A stretch of 64,000 bases of DNA, taken from NCBI GenBank assembly GCA_963713865.1, contig OY970208.1:800001-864000 (forward strand). The letters run 5' to 3'. Source of the stretch: an uncultured candidate division Zixibacteria bacterium. Lineage in GTDB: Bacteria; Zixibacteria; MSB-5A5; RBG-16-43-9. Under the pieces are notes generated by a model. That model was not told the DNA's origin and did no database searches. It was given only the letters and a program-made list of their open reading frames with translations. Below are positions 10,413 to 20,660 of this stretch, piece after piece (the stretch's first letter is position 1; each line of letters opens with the position of its first letter). Made by a program: the position numbers and the translations under genes.

Positions 10413-10689
10413 TCCAAAGACTCCCGACCATACCGCTCTACCTCAGGCGGGTCGAAACGTTCTGACTAAGAGATTATTTCTTGTTATATGGCGGTGAACT
10501 GAAAGCAGCTTTGCTTTAAATCTTTTAACTATACACTATGAACCATTAACTATTAACTGTTTTAACTGCGGCCCCAATATCACTCTCCCCAAACTCTTGT
10601 GGTATTCGTCTTTGAGGTACAAAAAAGATATGCCGGGATCAATAGAATACGTTGGATAACAATCAAGTAGGGCAGAGCCAAATCAACAG

Positions 10690-10995
10690 CTATGTGAGCC
10701 AATAGACTGCGGCAATGGCGGCGACCCAGGCACCTGCTTGTAGTGCGATTATTTTCAGCGACTGCCTTGGTTGTTTCGGTAACCACTTGAATATGAAATA
10801 AGCAACTACTGGTAACTGTGCAGCCATGAGAATTTGAAAAACGTGGGCAACGGTGCCTTCATCTGCTTCATGGACAACGCCGAAAATTGTGGTGTGAACT
10901 AGAACCAAAACCAGGGCCATGAGCGACATCGCTAGCGGAATCAAGGCGCTCGGCTTCCTTATTAGTGAGATATTCATCTTAGACTTCATATGCAT
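10690..10995 (-). CDS. Small three-TM membrane protein
   Basis: Hydrophobic ORF with DEGTVAHVFQILM motif. Confidence 0.7.
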   Translation of the reverse strand: MHMKSKMNISLIRKPSALIPLAMSLMALVLVLVHTTIFGVVHEADEGTVAHVFQILMAAQLPVVAYFIFKWLPKQPRQSLKIIALQAGAWVAAIAAVYWLT

Positions 10996-11163
10996 ACAAT
11001 GATTATCCTTTCAGCCGTTAGCTAGCCGCTCCGCATTACTGTTTTTTCGATGTCGGCATTAGCTGAATTTCTAATCTGTAATATTATCTAAACTTAGCTA
11101 ATCTTGTCAAGGGTTTTGCGGAATCTCGGAGAGATTTTCCTGAGTGGCAGATTATATTCAATG

Positions 11164-11238
11164 CGGGGCCGACGAGACTCGAACTCGCGACCTTCTGCGT
11201 GACAGGCAGACGTTCTAACCAAACTGAACTACGACCCC
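11164..11238 (-). tRNA. tRNA-Asp(GTC)
   Basis: GGGGTCGTAGTTCAGTTTGGTTAGAACGTCTGCCTGTCACGCAGA...GTTCGAGTC; no encoded CCA. Confidence 0.96.
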
Positions 11239-11436
11239 GGGAAAAACAGTGAGAAAGTGATTACTGATGGAGTGATTAGTATTTTAATCATTCTATCACC
11301 CTGTTACTCTGTCAATCAATCTATTTTAAAAGAACTCGTGACCTTCCCGCAAAATGCAGTGACTAAATGATCAGTGATATAGTGATTAGAATTTTTAGCC
11401 ACTTTGTCACTCTTTCACTTTATCACTTTTTTTAAC

Positions 11437-11511
11437 TGGGCGGTACAGGGATCGAACCTGTGACCTTCTGCGTGTAAGGCAGACGCTCTAAACCAGCTGA
11501 GCTAACCGCCC
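11437..11511 (-). tRNA. tRNA-Val(TAC)
   Basis: GGGCGGTTAGCTCAGCTGG...CTGCCTTACACGCAG...GTTCGATCC; no encoded CCA. Confidence 0.96.
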
Positions 11512-11560
11512 GGGCATTGCCAGTTAATAGTTCATAGCGAATGGTTCATAGTAAAAACTA

Positions 11561-11833
11561 TCAACCTTTTTTAATAATAAGCTCTTCCGGTTTGGGCGTT
11601 TGTTCTACTTTCTTTTTCTTCTCACCCAAGAGGATCGCAATCGGGATAATCACGCAGTATCCCAGAACCAGAAGGATCGGGGCTAAAGTTATTGAGCCCC
11701 GGGATAAGGCGATATAACCTACGATAATGATTAAAAGCCCTATGCCCATCCAGGTCCAGTTTCTCCTGGTGAAAGGAAGGGCGCCTTTTTCTTTAGCTTT
11801 CTCTACTTTAGGTTTTCCCTTTACTTTAGCCAT
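11561..11833 (-). CDS. DUF3098-like small membrane protein
   Basis: F-x3-N followed by two TM helices with TLAPILLVLGY. Confidence 0.75.
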   Translation of the reverse strand: MAKVKGKPKVEKAKEKGALPFTRRNWTWMGIGLLIIIVGYIALSRGSITLAPILLVLGYCVIIPIAILLGEKKKKVEQTPKPEELIIKKG

Positions 11834-12160
11834 ATATTCTCCAGTTAATTAGCCAATTTAATAAAGAATTCGATAGAGTCAAGAGAAATCAACGCAAACT
11901 TTATACGTTTAAGAAAGATTCCATTGGGGAAGAATCTCAACAAAATGCTGCTCTGTAAAATAATTTCCACTAAATATCTTCGACACATGCAAATAAAGAT
12001 GTAGCTTTAAACTTTTAACTTATTAGAAGTTTTGCTCTGCAGAATCCTTAAAATCAACTTTTTTAAAACCTCCTGATTAAACCATTGACAAACAAAAACT
12101 CAAAAACTATTATGGGGAAAATATTGAACTTGGACTAAATAAGATTTTCAGGAGATAACA

Positions 12161-13894
12161 ATGCGCTCTTTAAGGGTCGGGATGGCACAGATAAACTGCA
12201 CTGTTGGGGATTTAGAAGGGAATTCTAAGAAAATAATCCAGTATGTAGATAAAGCGAAAAAGATGGGAGTGGAGCTAATCTGTTTTCCGGAACTGGCAGT
12301 TACCGGATACCCTCCTGAAGATTTACTCCTGAAACCTCAATTTATCGAGGATAACCTTAAAGCTTTGAAGAAAATAATCTCGAAAACCGAGAACTTAACT
12401 GCAATTGTTGGATTTGTGGACAAAAATGGGGAAATTTACAACTCCGCAGCCATCATTCACGATAAAAAACTTATAGATGTTTATCATAAAATCAATCTCC
12501 CCAATTATGGAGTCTTTGATGAATACCGTTATTTTCAGCCGGGTGAGAAAGTCCCTGTATATCAATTGGGCGAACTGGTCTTTGGTGTGAATATCTGTGA
12601 AGATATCTGGTATCCGGAAGGACCAGCCAAGGCCCAGGCTTTGGCTGGAGAGGTTGAGCTGATAATAAATATCAGCTCCTCCCCTTATCATCTGGGCAAA
12701 TGGAAGGAAAGGGAGAAGATGCTTTCCACCAGAGCAAATGACGGCAGGGTCTTTCTATTATATAATAATTTAGTGGGCGGACAGGATGAATTGGTTTTCG
12801 ATGGAATGGGGATGATTTTCAGTCCACAGGGTAAAACCCTGTTCCGAGGGAAACAGTTTGAGGAGGACCTGATAATAGCAGATTTGGATCTGGACGAGGT
12901 TTTCAGGACAAGATTACAAGATTCAAAGTGGAGAAAGGAAAGGGTAAGGGTCAAATCTGAAACAGTTAATAAGATCGTTATCACTGAAAAGGTCAAAAAG
13001 ACAAAAAAGCCAAAGATCAGAAGAATCGGGGTAGAGGTTCTTGACCCAATTGCGGAAGTATATAAGGCATTGGTTTTGGGGACTAAGGATTATATCAGGA
13101 AAAATGGATTTTCCAGGGTGGTCCTGGGGTTGAGCGGGGGAATAGATTCTGCCTTAGTAACCGTCATTGCTAAGGATGCCCTGGGTAAAAAGAATATCAT
13201 CTCGGTCTTTATGCCTTCTGCGTATACATCTGAACGGAGCTATACAGATGCCAGAAGATTAGCTCGGAATTCAGGGATAAGATTTATCAACCTGCCAATT
13301 GAAAAAATCTTAAAATCTTATATTTCGACCTTATCCTCCGGGTTCAAAGGTAAAAAACCGGATGTGACTGAGGAGAACCTCCAGGCACGGATCCGGGGTA
13401 ATCTCCTGATGGCACTATCGAATAAATTTGGCTGGCTGGTCTTGACTACCGGGAATAAAAGTGAACTGGCCGTTGGATATTCTACTTTATACGGGGATAT
13501 GGCTGGTGGTTTTGTGGTTTTAAAAGATATTCCCAAGACCTTAGTTTATAAATTAGCACGATACAGAAACTCTTTGGAGAAAAAAGAGATTATTCCTGAA
13601 GATATTCTGAAAAGGGAACCTACGGCTGAGCTTAAACCAGGCCAAAAGGACACGGATACATTACCTCCATATCCGATCTTGGACCCGATTTTAAAAAGTT
13701 ATGTGGAGGAGGACAAGGGCTTTAAAGAGATAAAGGATTCAGGATTCGATGAAAAAACAATTTCCAGGGTAATCAGTATGGTGGATAGAAGCGAGTATAA
13801 AAGAAGACAGTCGCCTCCAGGTATAAAAATTACCCCCCGGGCTTTTGGAAAAGACCGCAGACTGCCCATTACCAATAAGTATAGAGGTTTTTAA
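12161..13894 (+). CDS. nadE: Glutamine-dependent NAD+ synthetase
   Basis: Nitrilase domain (FPEL, K-x2-LPNY, ICED) plus GLSGGIDS, NLQARIR and TGNKSE. Confidence 0.96.
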   Translation: MRSLRVGMAQINCTVGDLEGNSKKIIQYVDKAKKMGVELICFPELAVTGYPPEDLLLKPQFIEDNLKALKKIISKTENLTAIVGFVDKNGEIYNSAAIIHDKKLIDVYHKINLPNYGVFDEYRYFQPGEKVPVYQLGELVFGVNICEDIWYPEGPAKAQALAGEVELIINISSSPYHLGKWKEREKMLSTRANDGRVFLLYNNLVGGQDELVFDGMGMIFSPQGKTLFRGKQFEEDLIIADLDLDEVFRTRLQDSKWRKERVRVKSETVNKIVITEKVKKTKKPKIRRIGVEVLDPIAEVYKALVLGTKDYIRKNGFSRVVLGLSGGIDSALVTVIAKDALGKKNIISVFMPSAYTSERSYTDARRLARNSGIRFINLPIEKILKSYISTLSSGFKGKKPDVTEENLQARIRGNLLMALSNKFGWLVLTTGNKSELAVGYSTLYGDMAGGFVVLKDIPKTLVYKLARYRNSLEKKEIIPEDILKREPTAELKPGQKDTDTLPPYPILDPILKSYVEEDKGFKEIKDSGFDEKTISRVISMVDRSEYKRRQSPPGIKITPRAFGKDRRLPITNKYRGF

Positions 13895-15544
13895 ATGACT
13901 GAAAAGTTAAAACCAATTCTGGAGATCTCAGAAGAACTCGGCTTAAATGAAGATGAATTAGAGCTCTGCGGGAAATATATCGCCAAGGTATCTTTCAAGG
14001 TCTTAGAGAGATTGAAAAATAGAAAAACAGGTAAATATATTTTTGTCACCGCCATAACCCCTACCCCCTTAGGAGAAGGAAAAACTGTAACTGCTATCGG
14101 TCTTTCACAAGCTTTAAACAGAATAAATAAAAAATCTATCTGCACTTTGAGACAGCCATCTATGGGTCCATTGTTCGGTATAAAAGGTGGTGCCACCGGA
14201 GGTGGGAAGTCTCAGGTTTTGCCCAGAGAGGAGATAAATTTACATTTCACCGGTGATTTTCATGCTGTAGGTTATGCCCACAACCTGCTTTCAGCCATCC
14301 TGGATACTCATCTCCAGAAGGGTAATAAATTAGGACTGGATTTAACAGATATTTTCTGGCCTAGGGTAGTGGATATAAATGACCGGGCATTAAGACATAC
14401 GATTATAGGTTTAGGAGGGAAGGCTGATGGCATGCCCCGGGAATCTTTTTTTGATATTACACCAGCAAGTGAGGTTATGTCTGTTTTGTCTTTGTCCAAG
14501 AATTTAGAAGACCTTAAAAAAAGATTATCTAAGTTAATTGTTGGGATTGACCAAAATAAGAAGATGATATGTGCAGAGGATTTAAAATCTCCCGGCGCAA
14601 TGGCTGTGATTTTGAAAAAAGCTTTTAATCCGAACTTGGTTCAGACCTCAGAAGGAACCCCTGCTTTTATACATACAGGTCCTTTTGCCAATATCTCGCA
14701 TGGAAATTGTTCAGTCATTTCTGATCTTATAGCTTTAAAGCTTACAGATTATGTTATTACCGAGTCAGGTTTTGGTGCGGATTGCGGTGCTGAGAAATTA
14801 CTGGATATAAAATGTCGGGAAAGCGGACTTAAACCTGATTTAGCAGTTTTAGTTGCCACAGTTAGAAGCCTGATGATGCACGGTATCGGGCTCTATGATA
14901 AAAAAGCACTTGAAGAAGAAAATCTAATGACCTTAGAAAAAGGTTGTCAGAATTTGCAAAAACATATAGAAAACCTTAAGCTTTTCGGTCTCCTGGTACT
15001 GGTAGCTATAAATGTGTTTCCTGAAGATAGTGAGACAGAGATTTCATTCTTGAGAGAAAAATCTTTGCAAGCAGGAGCGGATGAGGTAGCAGTTGCGGAT
15101 ATGTTTGTCAAAGGGGGTGAAGGTGGAATAGAATTAGCTGAGAAAGCTGTTAAATTATGTGAAAGAGGAGCTTATTTCAAGTTCCTGTATGAAAGTGGAG
15201 GTATAAAGGAAAAAATTGAGAAAATCGCCATGAAAATTTACGGAGCAGGCGAGGTCCTCTATTATCCCTTAGCTGAGAAAAGGATCGATCTTTTCAAATC
15301 CTGGGGACTGGATAATCTTCCGATCTGTATTGCCAAGACTCCTTACTCTTTTTCTTCTGACCCGAAGCTCAAAGGAAAGCCGGAGAATTTTCGTTTTCCC
15401 ATAGAGGATTTAAGACCTGCGACTGGTGCCGGTTATCTGTATGCTTTAGCAGGCGATATTATGACTATGCCGGGTTTACCCACCACCCCGGCGGCATTTA
15501 ACTTCGATTTAGACAAAGATGGTAATATCAGTGGTTTAACATAG
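13895..15544 (+). CDS. fhs: Formate--tetrahydrofolate ligase
   Basis: TPTPLGEGKT, INLHFTGD, GPFANISHG and MTMPGLP. Confidence 0.96.
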   Translation: MTEKLKPILEISEELGLNEDELELCGKYIAKVSFKVLERLKNRKTGKYIFVTAITPTPLGEGKTVTAIGLSQALNRINKKSICTLRQPSMGPLFGIKGGATGGGKSQVLPREEINLHFTGDFHAVGYAHNLLSAILDTHLQKGNKLGLDLTDIFWPRVVDINDRALRHTIIGLGGKADGMPRESFFDITPASEVMSVLSLSKNLEDLKKRLSKLIVGIDQNKKMICAEDLKSPGAMAVILKKAFNPNLVQTSEGTPAFIHTGPFANISHGNCSVISDLIALKLTDYVITESGFGADCGAEKLLDIKCRESGLKPDLAVLVATVRSLMMHGIGLYDKKALEEENLMTLEKGCQNLQKHIENLKLFGLLVLVAINVFPEDSETEISFLREKSLQAGADEVAVADMFVKGGEGGIELAEKAVKLCERGAYFKFLYESGGIKEKIEKIAMKIYGAGEVLYYPLAEKRIDLFKSWGLDNLPICIAKTPYSFSSDPKLKGKPENFRFPIEDLRPATGAGYLYALAGDIMTMPGLPTTPAAFNFDLDKDGNISGLT

Positions 15545-15557
15545 GAAAGGAGTCAAG

Positions 15558-16061
15558 ATGGAAAAGCTTTTAGAGATATTATCGCAGGCAATGCAGGTGG
15601 AGATAGACGGGTATCAGTTTTACAAATTAGCCTCTGAGAAAACTACAGATAAAAAGGGGAAAGAGGTCTTTTTGTCCCTGGCTGAAGATGAAAAAAACCA
15701 TTATCATATCTTAAAAGGGCAGCATGAGAAAGTAAGAAAGACCGGAGGGATTGAGTTTATAGATAAAAAAGTCGAGTTCTTCAAATCCGATAGTCCCAGT
15801 CCCATTTTCTCTGAGGATTTCAGGAAAAGGATTAAGGATATGCACTTCGAGATGTCGGCTTTAAGTATCGGGGCACTCCTGGAGAAAAATTCCATAGAAT
15901 ATTATCGAAAGTATGCGGAGCAAAGTGAGAATGAAGAGGTTAAAAAACTTTTCTCCTATCTTATAGAATGGGAACAGGAGCATCTTAAGGCATTGATTAC
16001 TCAGCAGAAATATCTGAAAGAGGCATACTGGGAGGATGCTCGCTTCTTCCCGGATATTTAG
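15558..16061 (+). CDS. Ferritin/rubrerythrin-family protein
   Basis: Duplicated E-x6-Y...E-x2-H diiron motifs. Confidence 0.85.
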   Translation: MEKLLEILSQAMQVEIDGYQFYKLASEKTTDKKGKEVFLSLAEDEKNHYHILKGQHEKVRKTGGIEFIDKKVEFFKSDSPSPIFSEDFRKRIKDMHFEMSALSIGALLEKNSIEYYRKYAEQSENEEVKKLFSYLIEWEQEHLKALITQQKYLKEAYWEDARFFPDI

Positions 16062-16094
16062 AGTCCGAGAAACGGATTCAAAGGAAAGGGAAAA

Positions 16095-16706
16095 ATGAAA
16101 ATATTAGTGGTTTATTACAGTATGACCGGGCACGTTTTCAGATTAGCCCAGGCATTAGCACAAGGAGCTAAGGAAGTAGAGGGTGCTGAGGTAAGCTTAA
16201 AAACAGTTGAGGAGTTAATCTCTCAAGATATTATCGCAAGAAGCCCTGCCATAAAAAAAGCAAAAGAGGAACAGAAGGATATCCCCATAGCTACAAACGA
16301 TGATTTAATCTGGGCTGATGCAGTTATCTTCGGCTCTCCCACCAGATATGGCAATATGTGCGCTCAGATGAGAAACTTTTTGGATAAAACCGGTTCCTTG
16401 TGGGGAAAAGGACAGTTGGTAGGAAAACCTGCCGGGGTTTTCTGCTCAACCGGAACTATGCACGGCGGACAAGAGACCACGTTGATTTCGATGATAACCA
16501 CTTTACTGCATCACGGAATGATAATCGTGGGAATTCCTTATACTGAACCACTGCTCTCCACCACCCAGAGAGGGGGTACCCCATACGGAGCCTCCTCGGT
16601 CTCAGGACCCAAAGGAGACCAACCGCCGAATGAAGATGAGCTTTATTTGGCAAAAGCGCTGGGGAAGAGAGTGGCGGAAATAACGAAAAAATTAAAAGGT
16701 GAGTAA
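16095..16706 (+). CDS. wrbA: NAD(P)H:quinone oxidoreductase
   Basis: YYSMTGH, GSPTRYGNM, HGGQETT and GGTPYGAS. Confidence 0.95.
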   Translation: MKILVVYYSMTGHVFRLAQALAQGAKEVEGAEVSLKTVEELISQDIIARSPAIKKAKEEQKDIPIATNDDLIWADAVIFGSPTRYGNMCAQMRNFLDKTGSLWGKGQLVGKPAGVFCSTGTMHGGQETTLISMITTLLHHGMIIVGIPYTEPLLSTTQRGGTPYGASSVSGPKGDQPPNEDELYLAKALGKRVAEITKKLKGE

Positions 16707-16762
16707 AAGAGTTTTAGAAAATATATGGGGAAAAAGGATAAAGAATTATCCAGGAGGAAAAA

Positions 16763-17221
16763 ATGTCTATAAAGCCTGGGGAGAAAGCACCGGATTTTGT
16801 TTTGAAGGGGCAGGATGATAAAGATTATAAGTTATCTGATTTTCTGGGTAAGAATATAGTCTTAGCCTTTTATCCGGCTGATTTCAGCCCGGTCTGTTCC
16901 AAGGAGCATACTTGTTTTGTCAACGATATGAAAAGATTTGAGAACTTGAATGCTGTTGTTTTTGGGATAAGCGTGGACAATATCTGGTCTCATAAAGCTT
17001 TTGCGGAAAAGCTTCAGCTCAAATATCCACTTCTCTCTGATTTCCACCCTAAAGGGGCAGTTGCTTCTAAATATGGATTATACCTGTCCGATCTGGGGAT
17101 AACCAATCGGGCTACGGTGATAATCGATAAAAAGGGAGCAGTCAGATACGTTCAGGTTTATGATATCCCACAGCAGAGAGAAAATAGTGAGCTTATAAAG
17201 ATTTTGGAGGATTTAAAATAA
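16763..17221 (+). CDS. Peroxiredoxin (AhpC/TSA family)
   Basis: FYPADFSPVC peroxidatic motif; LLSDF. Confidence 0.9.
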   Translation: MSIKPGEKAPDFVLKGQDDKDYKLSDFLGKNIVLAFYPADFSPVCSKEHTCFVNDMKRFENLNAVVFGISVDNIWSHKAFAEKLQLKYPLLSDFHPKGAVASKYGLYLSDLGITNRATVIIDKKGAVRYVQVYDIPQQRENSELIKILEDLK

Positions 17222-17234
17222 GCTGTCTAAAAAA

Positions 17235-17606
17235 TCAACTGAGCAAGCCTTTTAAAAGCTCATTGATCTGTTGAACTTTGAAGGGCTTTAAAAGAAATCC
17301 GTCTGGCTTGGGTTCTTCTTCCGGGTCATATTCAGCCTCATAACCGGTTATCAGCACTACTGGCAACTGAGGGAAATTCTGCTTCACCGCCCTTAACAGC
17401 CCATGCCCATCCATTTTAGGCATCATTAGATCAGTTATAACCAGGTCAAAGGTCTCCTTATTTAGAATCGCTAAAGCTTCTTCTCCATCTTGAGCTTTTT
17501 GGCTTTTGAGGTCAAAACACTGCAACAGGATATCCGAAAGAAGATTAGACATATTAGGGTTATCTTCTACAATAAGGACTTTTTTATTTTTTAAACTATA
17601 GCCCAT
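17235..17606 (-). CDS. Single-domain response regulator
   Basis: VLIVED, DLMMP-x-MDG, ITG and KPF receiver motifs. Confidence 0.88.
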   Translation of the reverse strand: MGYSLKNKKVLIVEDNPNMSNLLSDILLQCFDLKSQKAQDGEEALAILNKETFDLVITDLMMPKMDGHGLLRAVKQNFPQLPVVLITGYEAEYDPEEEPKPDGFLLKPFKVQQINELLKGLLS

Positions 17607-17744
17607 ATCATCCAGATCGTTTTTACTTATTAATCTTATCGGCTGGAAAAAGATTTTTATCAATAAAAAAGAAATTGTAGCTGTTGGGTTTGCTCCTGAA
17701 AAACCAGGATTTTAGAAGCAATAAAGAAATCCAACCAGAATGTT

Positions 17745-17776
17745 AAAAGGGGTGGAGATAATCTCCACCCACTTTT
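17745..17776. terminator. Probable intrinsic terminator downstream of the hybB-like gene
   Basis: AAAAGGGGTGGAGAT-A-ATCTCCACCCACTTTT hairpin with A/T tails. Confidence 0.6.
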
Positions 17777-17821
17777 CAAAGCTCTCTGTATATTTTTATA
17801 TACCAGTTTTACTTTTAAAAC

Positions 17822-19018
17822 TTACTTGGGCATTACGTCAACATTTAAAATCTCCTCCGCAAGTTCGGGCGATTCTGATTCAGACTCTTCTTCCCCGTGC
17901 TCGAAGATCGGCAAATAGCGGGTCGCCAGAGAGAAGACGAAAATTCCAGTTGCCACTATGGTTAAGGTTATGGAGAGTTCCATCCAGGAGGGGAAATAAT
18001 GCACGCCAGAAGAAGCCTCCATACCGGTGACTGTAACATTAACCCGGTTCAATAAAAATCCGGTGATGATACAGATGGCAACATAATATAAGCCGCGTTC
18101 GGAGAGCCTGATCTTTTTAATGGACAGCATTATGACCGGAACAATCACTCCCACTAATGCCTCCAGCCAGAAAAGATATGTTTCCGGACGATTCAGGAAG
18201 ATTAAGCTCCACACACCCCTTCCTGAGAAATCCTGGATTTTCAGGATGGCATATACCACTAAAGTGACCAGCATTACTCTTCCAATATCTGCCAGAAGGT
18301 CCAATTTCAAGCGATGTCCAAAGGCCCTATAGCTTAAATGTGATTCAAAGATTATCATAGCACACCCAACTGCCACTGCTGATAAGAAGAACAAAAACGG
18401 CAGGATAGAAGAATACCAGAAAGGATACAATTTCTCCGGCATTATCAGATAAAGAGAGCCCAGGGAAGACTGGTGCAGGGTAGAAAGGATGACCCCGGCT
18501 ATTACCAGAGGGATGATCAAGCTGTGAATCCATTTTTTAGGCTTATCCCAACCCAGCCACTCGAAGACTATAGGGCTGAATTCCAAGGCTAAAACCGTGG
18601 TATAGAGCATAACGCACCAGCCGACTTCGAATAAGACCGAATGAGGGTTCCAGTAGATTATCATGTGCCAGATCCTCCAGGGCTGTCCCAAGTCGAACAA
18701 AAGGGCAAAGATCACCATGATATACCCTAAAAAAGCAGTCAGGATGGTAGGTCTCAAGATCGGATAAAATCTTTTCAAATTAAAAATATAAACGATGGCT
18801 GCCAGGGTGAATCCTCCGGCAGCTAAACCTACTCCACACAGGAGATCAAAGCCGATCCATAATCCCCAGGGAAACCTGTCACTTAAATTGGTAGATGCCC
18901 CCAGCCCCTTGGAAAAACGAATGATCGTAGCTATAATACCCAGGATCCAGATTAAAACTAAAACCCCTTTCCAGAAAGTAGGCTTGAATGGTGATTGCAA
19001 CTTCGTTTCCATTTTCAT
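17822..19018 (-). CDS. NrfD/PsrC-family membrane anchor (HybB-like)
   Basis: PWGLWIGFD, DLGQPWR, S-x-LFEV and LHQSSLG; about 10 TM helices. Confidence 0.9.
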   Translation of the reverse strand: MKMETKLQSPFKPTFWKGVLVLIWILGIIATIIRFSKGLGASTNLSDRFPWGLWIGFDLLCGVGLAAGGFTLAAIVYIFNLKRFYPILRPTILTAFLGYIMVIFALLFDLGQPWRIWHMIIYWNPHSVLFEVGWCVMLYTTVLALEFSPIVFEWLGWDKPKKWIHSLIIPLVIAGVILSTLHQSSLGSLYLIMPEKLYPFWYSSILPFLFFLSAVAVGCAMIIFESHLSYRAFGHRLKLDLLADIGRVMLVTLVVYAILKIQDFSGRGVWSLIFLNRPETYLFWLEALVGVIVPVIMLSIKKIRLSERGLYYVAICIITGFLLNRVNVTVTGMEASSGVHYFPSWMELSITLTIVATGIFVFSLATRYLPIFEHGEEESESESPELAEEILNVDVMPK

Positions 19019-19042
19019 CTTTCCTTTATTTTAATTTTAAGA

Positions 19043-19798
19043 TTATTCTTTATCCTTGGATTTATTTTCTAACTCTGTTACCTCCATCCGGCGATTGATA
19101 ATCCAGTATATCCCGTATAGAAAAACTCCGCTCACCACCACATAATTCGGGATTTTCGACATAATCTTCCAGGTTAGATCGGATAGAGGCTCTTCGATCA
19201 GATTAGTGGGGAACCCTAATTTTTCAAACGGAACAGAGGATAGAAACAAAACCGAAGTCCCTCCAGCCTCTTTTTCCCCATAGATGTGGTTAACATATTG
19301 ACCCGGATTCTCCTGTATCCTTTTCCGGGCTTCAGTTAGAAGCTCGTCTCTGTTGCCAAATATGGTAGCGCCAGTGGGACAGGCTTCAGCACAGGCAGTT
19401 ATCTTTCCTTCTTTCTGTCTTTCTGCGCACATAGTGCATTTCCTGACTAAAGGCTTGGTTCTTTCCCATTCATAAGTCGGGACACCAAAGGGGCAGGCTT
19501 GAATGCAATATCGACAACCCATACATCTCTTGTCATGGTAGATCACCGGACCGTTTTCGGTTTTTTCAAAAGCTTTTACCGGGCAGACCGAAGCACAGGT
19601 CGGCACATTACAGTGCATACATAACCTGCGATAATATACCCCATCCTTTTCTTTCACCACGGTGTAAGCCGTATCGGTGAGTTCCTCCTCTTCTTTCTCT
19701 TTTTGAGGAAGTTTATTGGACTCCTTGCAGGCATAGAAACAAGCCTTGCACCCAATACATTTAGTGGCATCGAAGAGAAGCGCTTTGGGATTTGACAT
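19043..19798 (-). CDS. 4x[4Fe-4S] electron transfer protein (HybA/FdnH-like)
   Basis: CIGCKACFYAC, CMHCNVPTCASVCP, CMGCRYCIQACP and KCTMC...ACAEACP; C-terminal TM helix. Confidence 0.92.
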   Translation of the reverse strand: MSNPKALLFDATKCIGCKACFYACKESNKLPQKEKEEEELTDTAYTVVKEKDGVYYRRLCMHCNVPTCASVCPVKAFEKTENGPVIYHDKRCMGCRYCIQACPFGVPTYEWERTKPLVRKCTMCAERQKEGKITACAEACPTGATIFGNRDELLTEARKRIQENPGQYVNHIYGEKEAGGTSVLFLSSVPFEKLGFPTNLIEEPLSDLTWKIMSKIPNYVVVSGVFLYGIYWIINRRMEVTELENKSKDKE

Positions 19799-19918
19799 TT
19801 ATGACTCCTTCTTTTAAATCATTAATTCTTTCAAAACTTTTAAAATATAATAAAAATAAGTTATAAAGGCAACCTATAAAATAGGATGCCTTTTATAACC
19901 TGATGCTTTTATTTGGAC

Positions 19919-20590
19919 TTATCTATGCAAAAATTGAGCTTCAAATTCCTCGGTTGTTTTTGTATTGAAATGCTCAACCAAACCATCTATAGATGTTCCG
20001 CCATCTGCCAGTGTCTGTCCCGCTAAGGCTTCCTGGGGCACATGCCCTCTGACAAATTCTCTCAGCCGGTTTAATTCCTGTGACCACCAGGCCTTGGTTT
20101 TTTCAGCAATCTTGAAATTTTTCAAATCCTCTGATAAATTCTTTGGTCTTAACTGGTAAAACCATCCATTTTTATACGAATCCACTCCAAATCTCTGTGG
20201 AGACTTTTCCATCTCTAAATTCTTCTGAATCACCACTCCATCTATGGGAGAATACAGGGTAATTCTCTTCTCGCCCTGATATAGAACTGCTAAAGGCTCT
20301 CCTTTGCGTACTTCCTCCCCGGCATTCTTGAACTGAACTTTAGTCACTTTCCCGACCAAGCGCCCGATCATCTCATCCAGACCTACTTGCAAGTTTCCGG
20401 ATGCCCGGAGATTAAGCCAGGTATGTCCTTCAGAAAGGAAATATCCAGCCGGATAACTTGGTGCAAGTTTAACTGCCGATCTGGCAAAAGATGTTAATTC
20501 CACCGTCTCTCTTACCTCTCTACCCCGTCTAACCAGGCCATCGATTACTATGGCGGTTATGAAGGTCAGTGCTACTAATATGGCTACCAT
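19919..20590 (-). CDS. Membrane-anchored glycine cleavage H-like protein
   Basis: N-terminal TM; HTW...VGLD...SPIDG-x-V...N...GW GcvH fold; the canonical ESVK lipoyl motif reads YQGEK. Confidence 0.8.
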   Translation of the reverse strand: MVAILVALTFITAIVIDGLVRRGREVRETVELTSFARSAVKLAPSYPAGYFLSEGHTWLNLRASGNLQVGLDEMIGRLVGKVTKVQFKNAGEEVRKGEPLAVLYQGEKRITLYSPIDGVVIQKNLEMEKSPQRFGVDSYKNGWFYQLRPKNLSEDLKNFKIAEKTKAWWSQELNRLREFVRGHVPQEALAGQTLADGGTSIDGLVEHFNTKTTEEFEAQFLHR

Positions 20591-20660
20591 TTTTACTCCT
20601 CCTCTTTTTTGTTATTTTCTTTGTTCATTCTCACTTACTTCCTTTAGCTTATTTGCCAAA

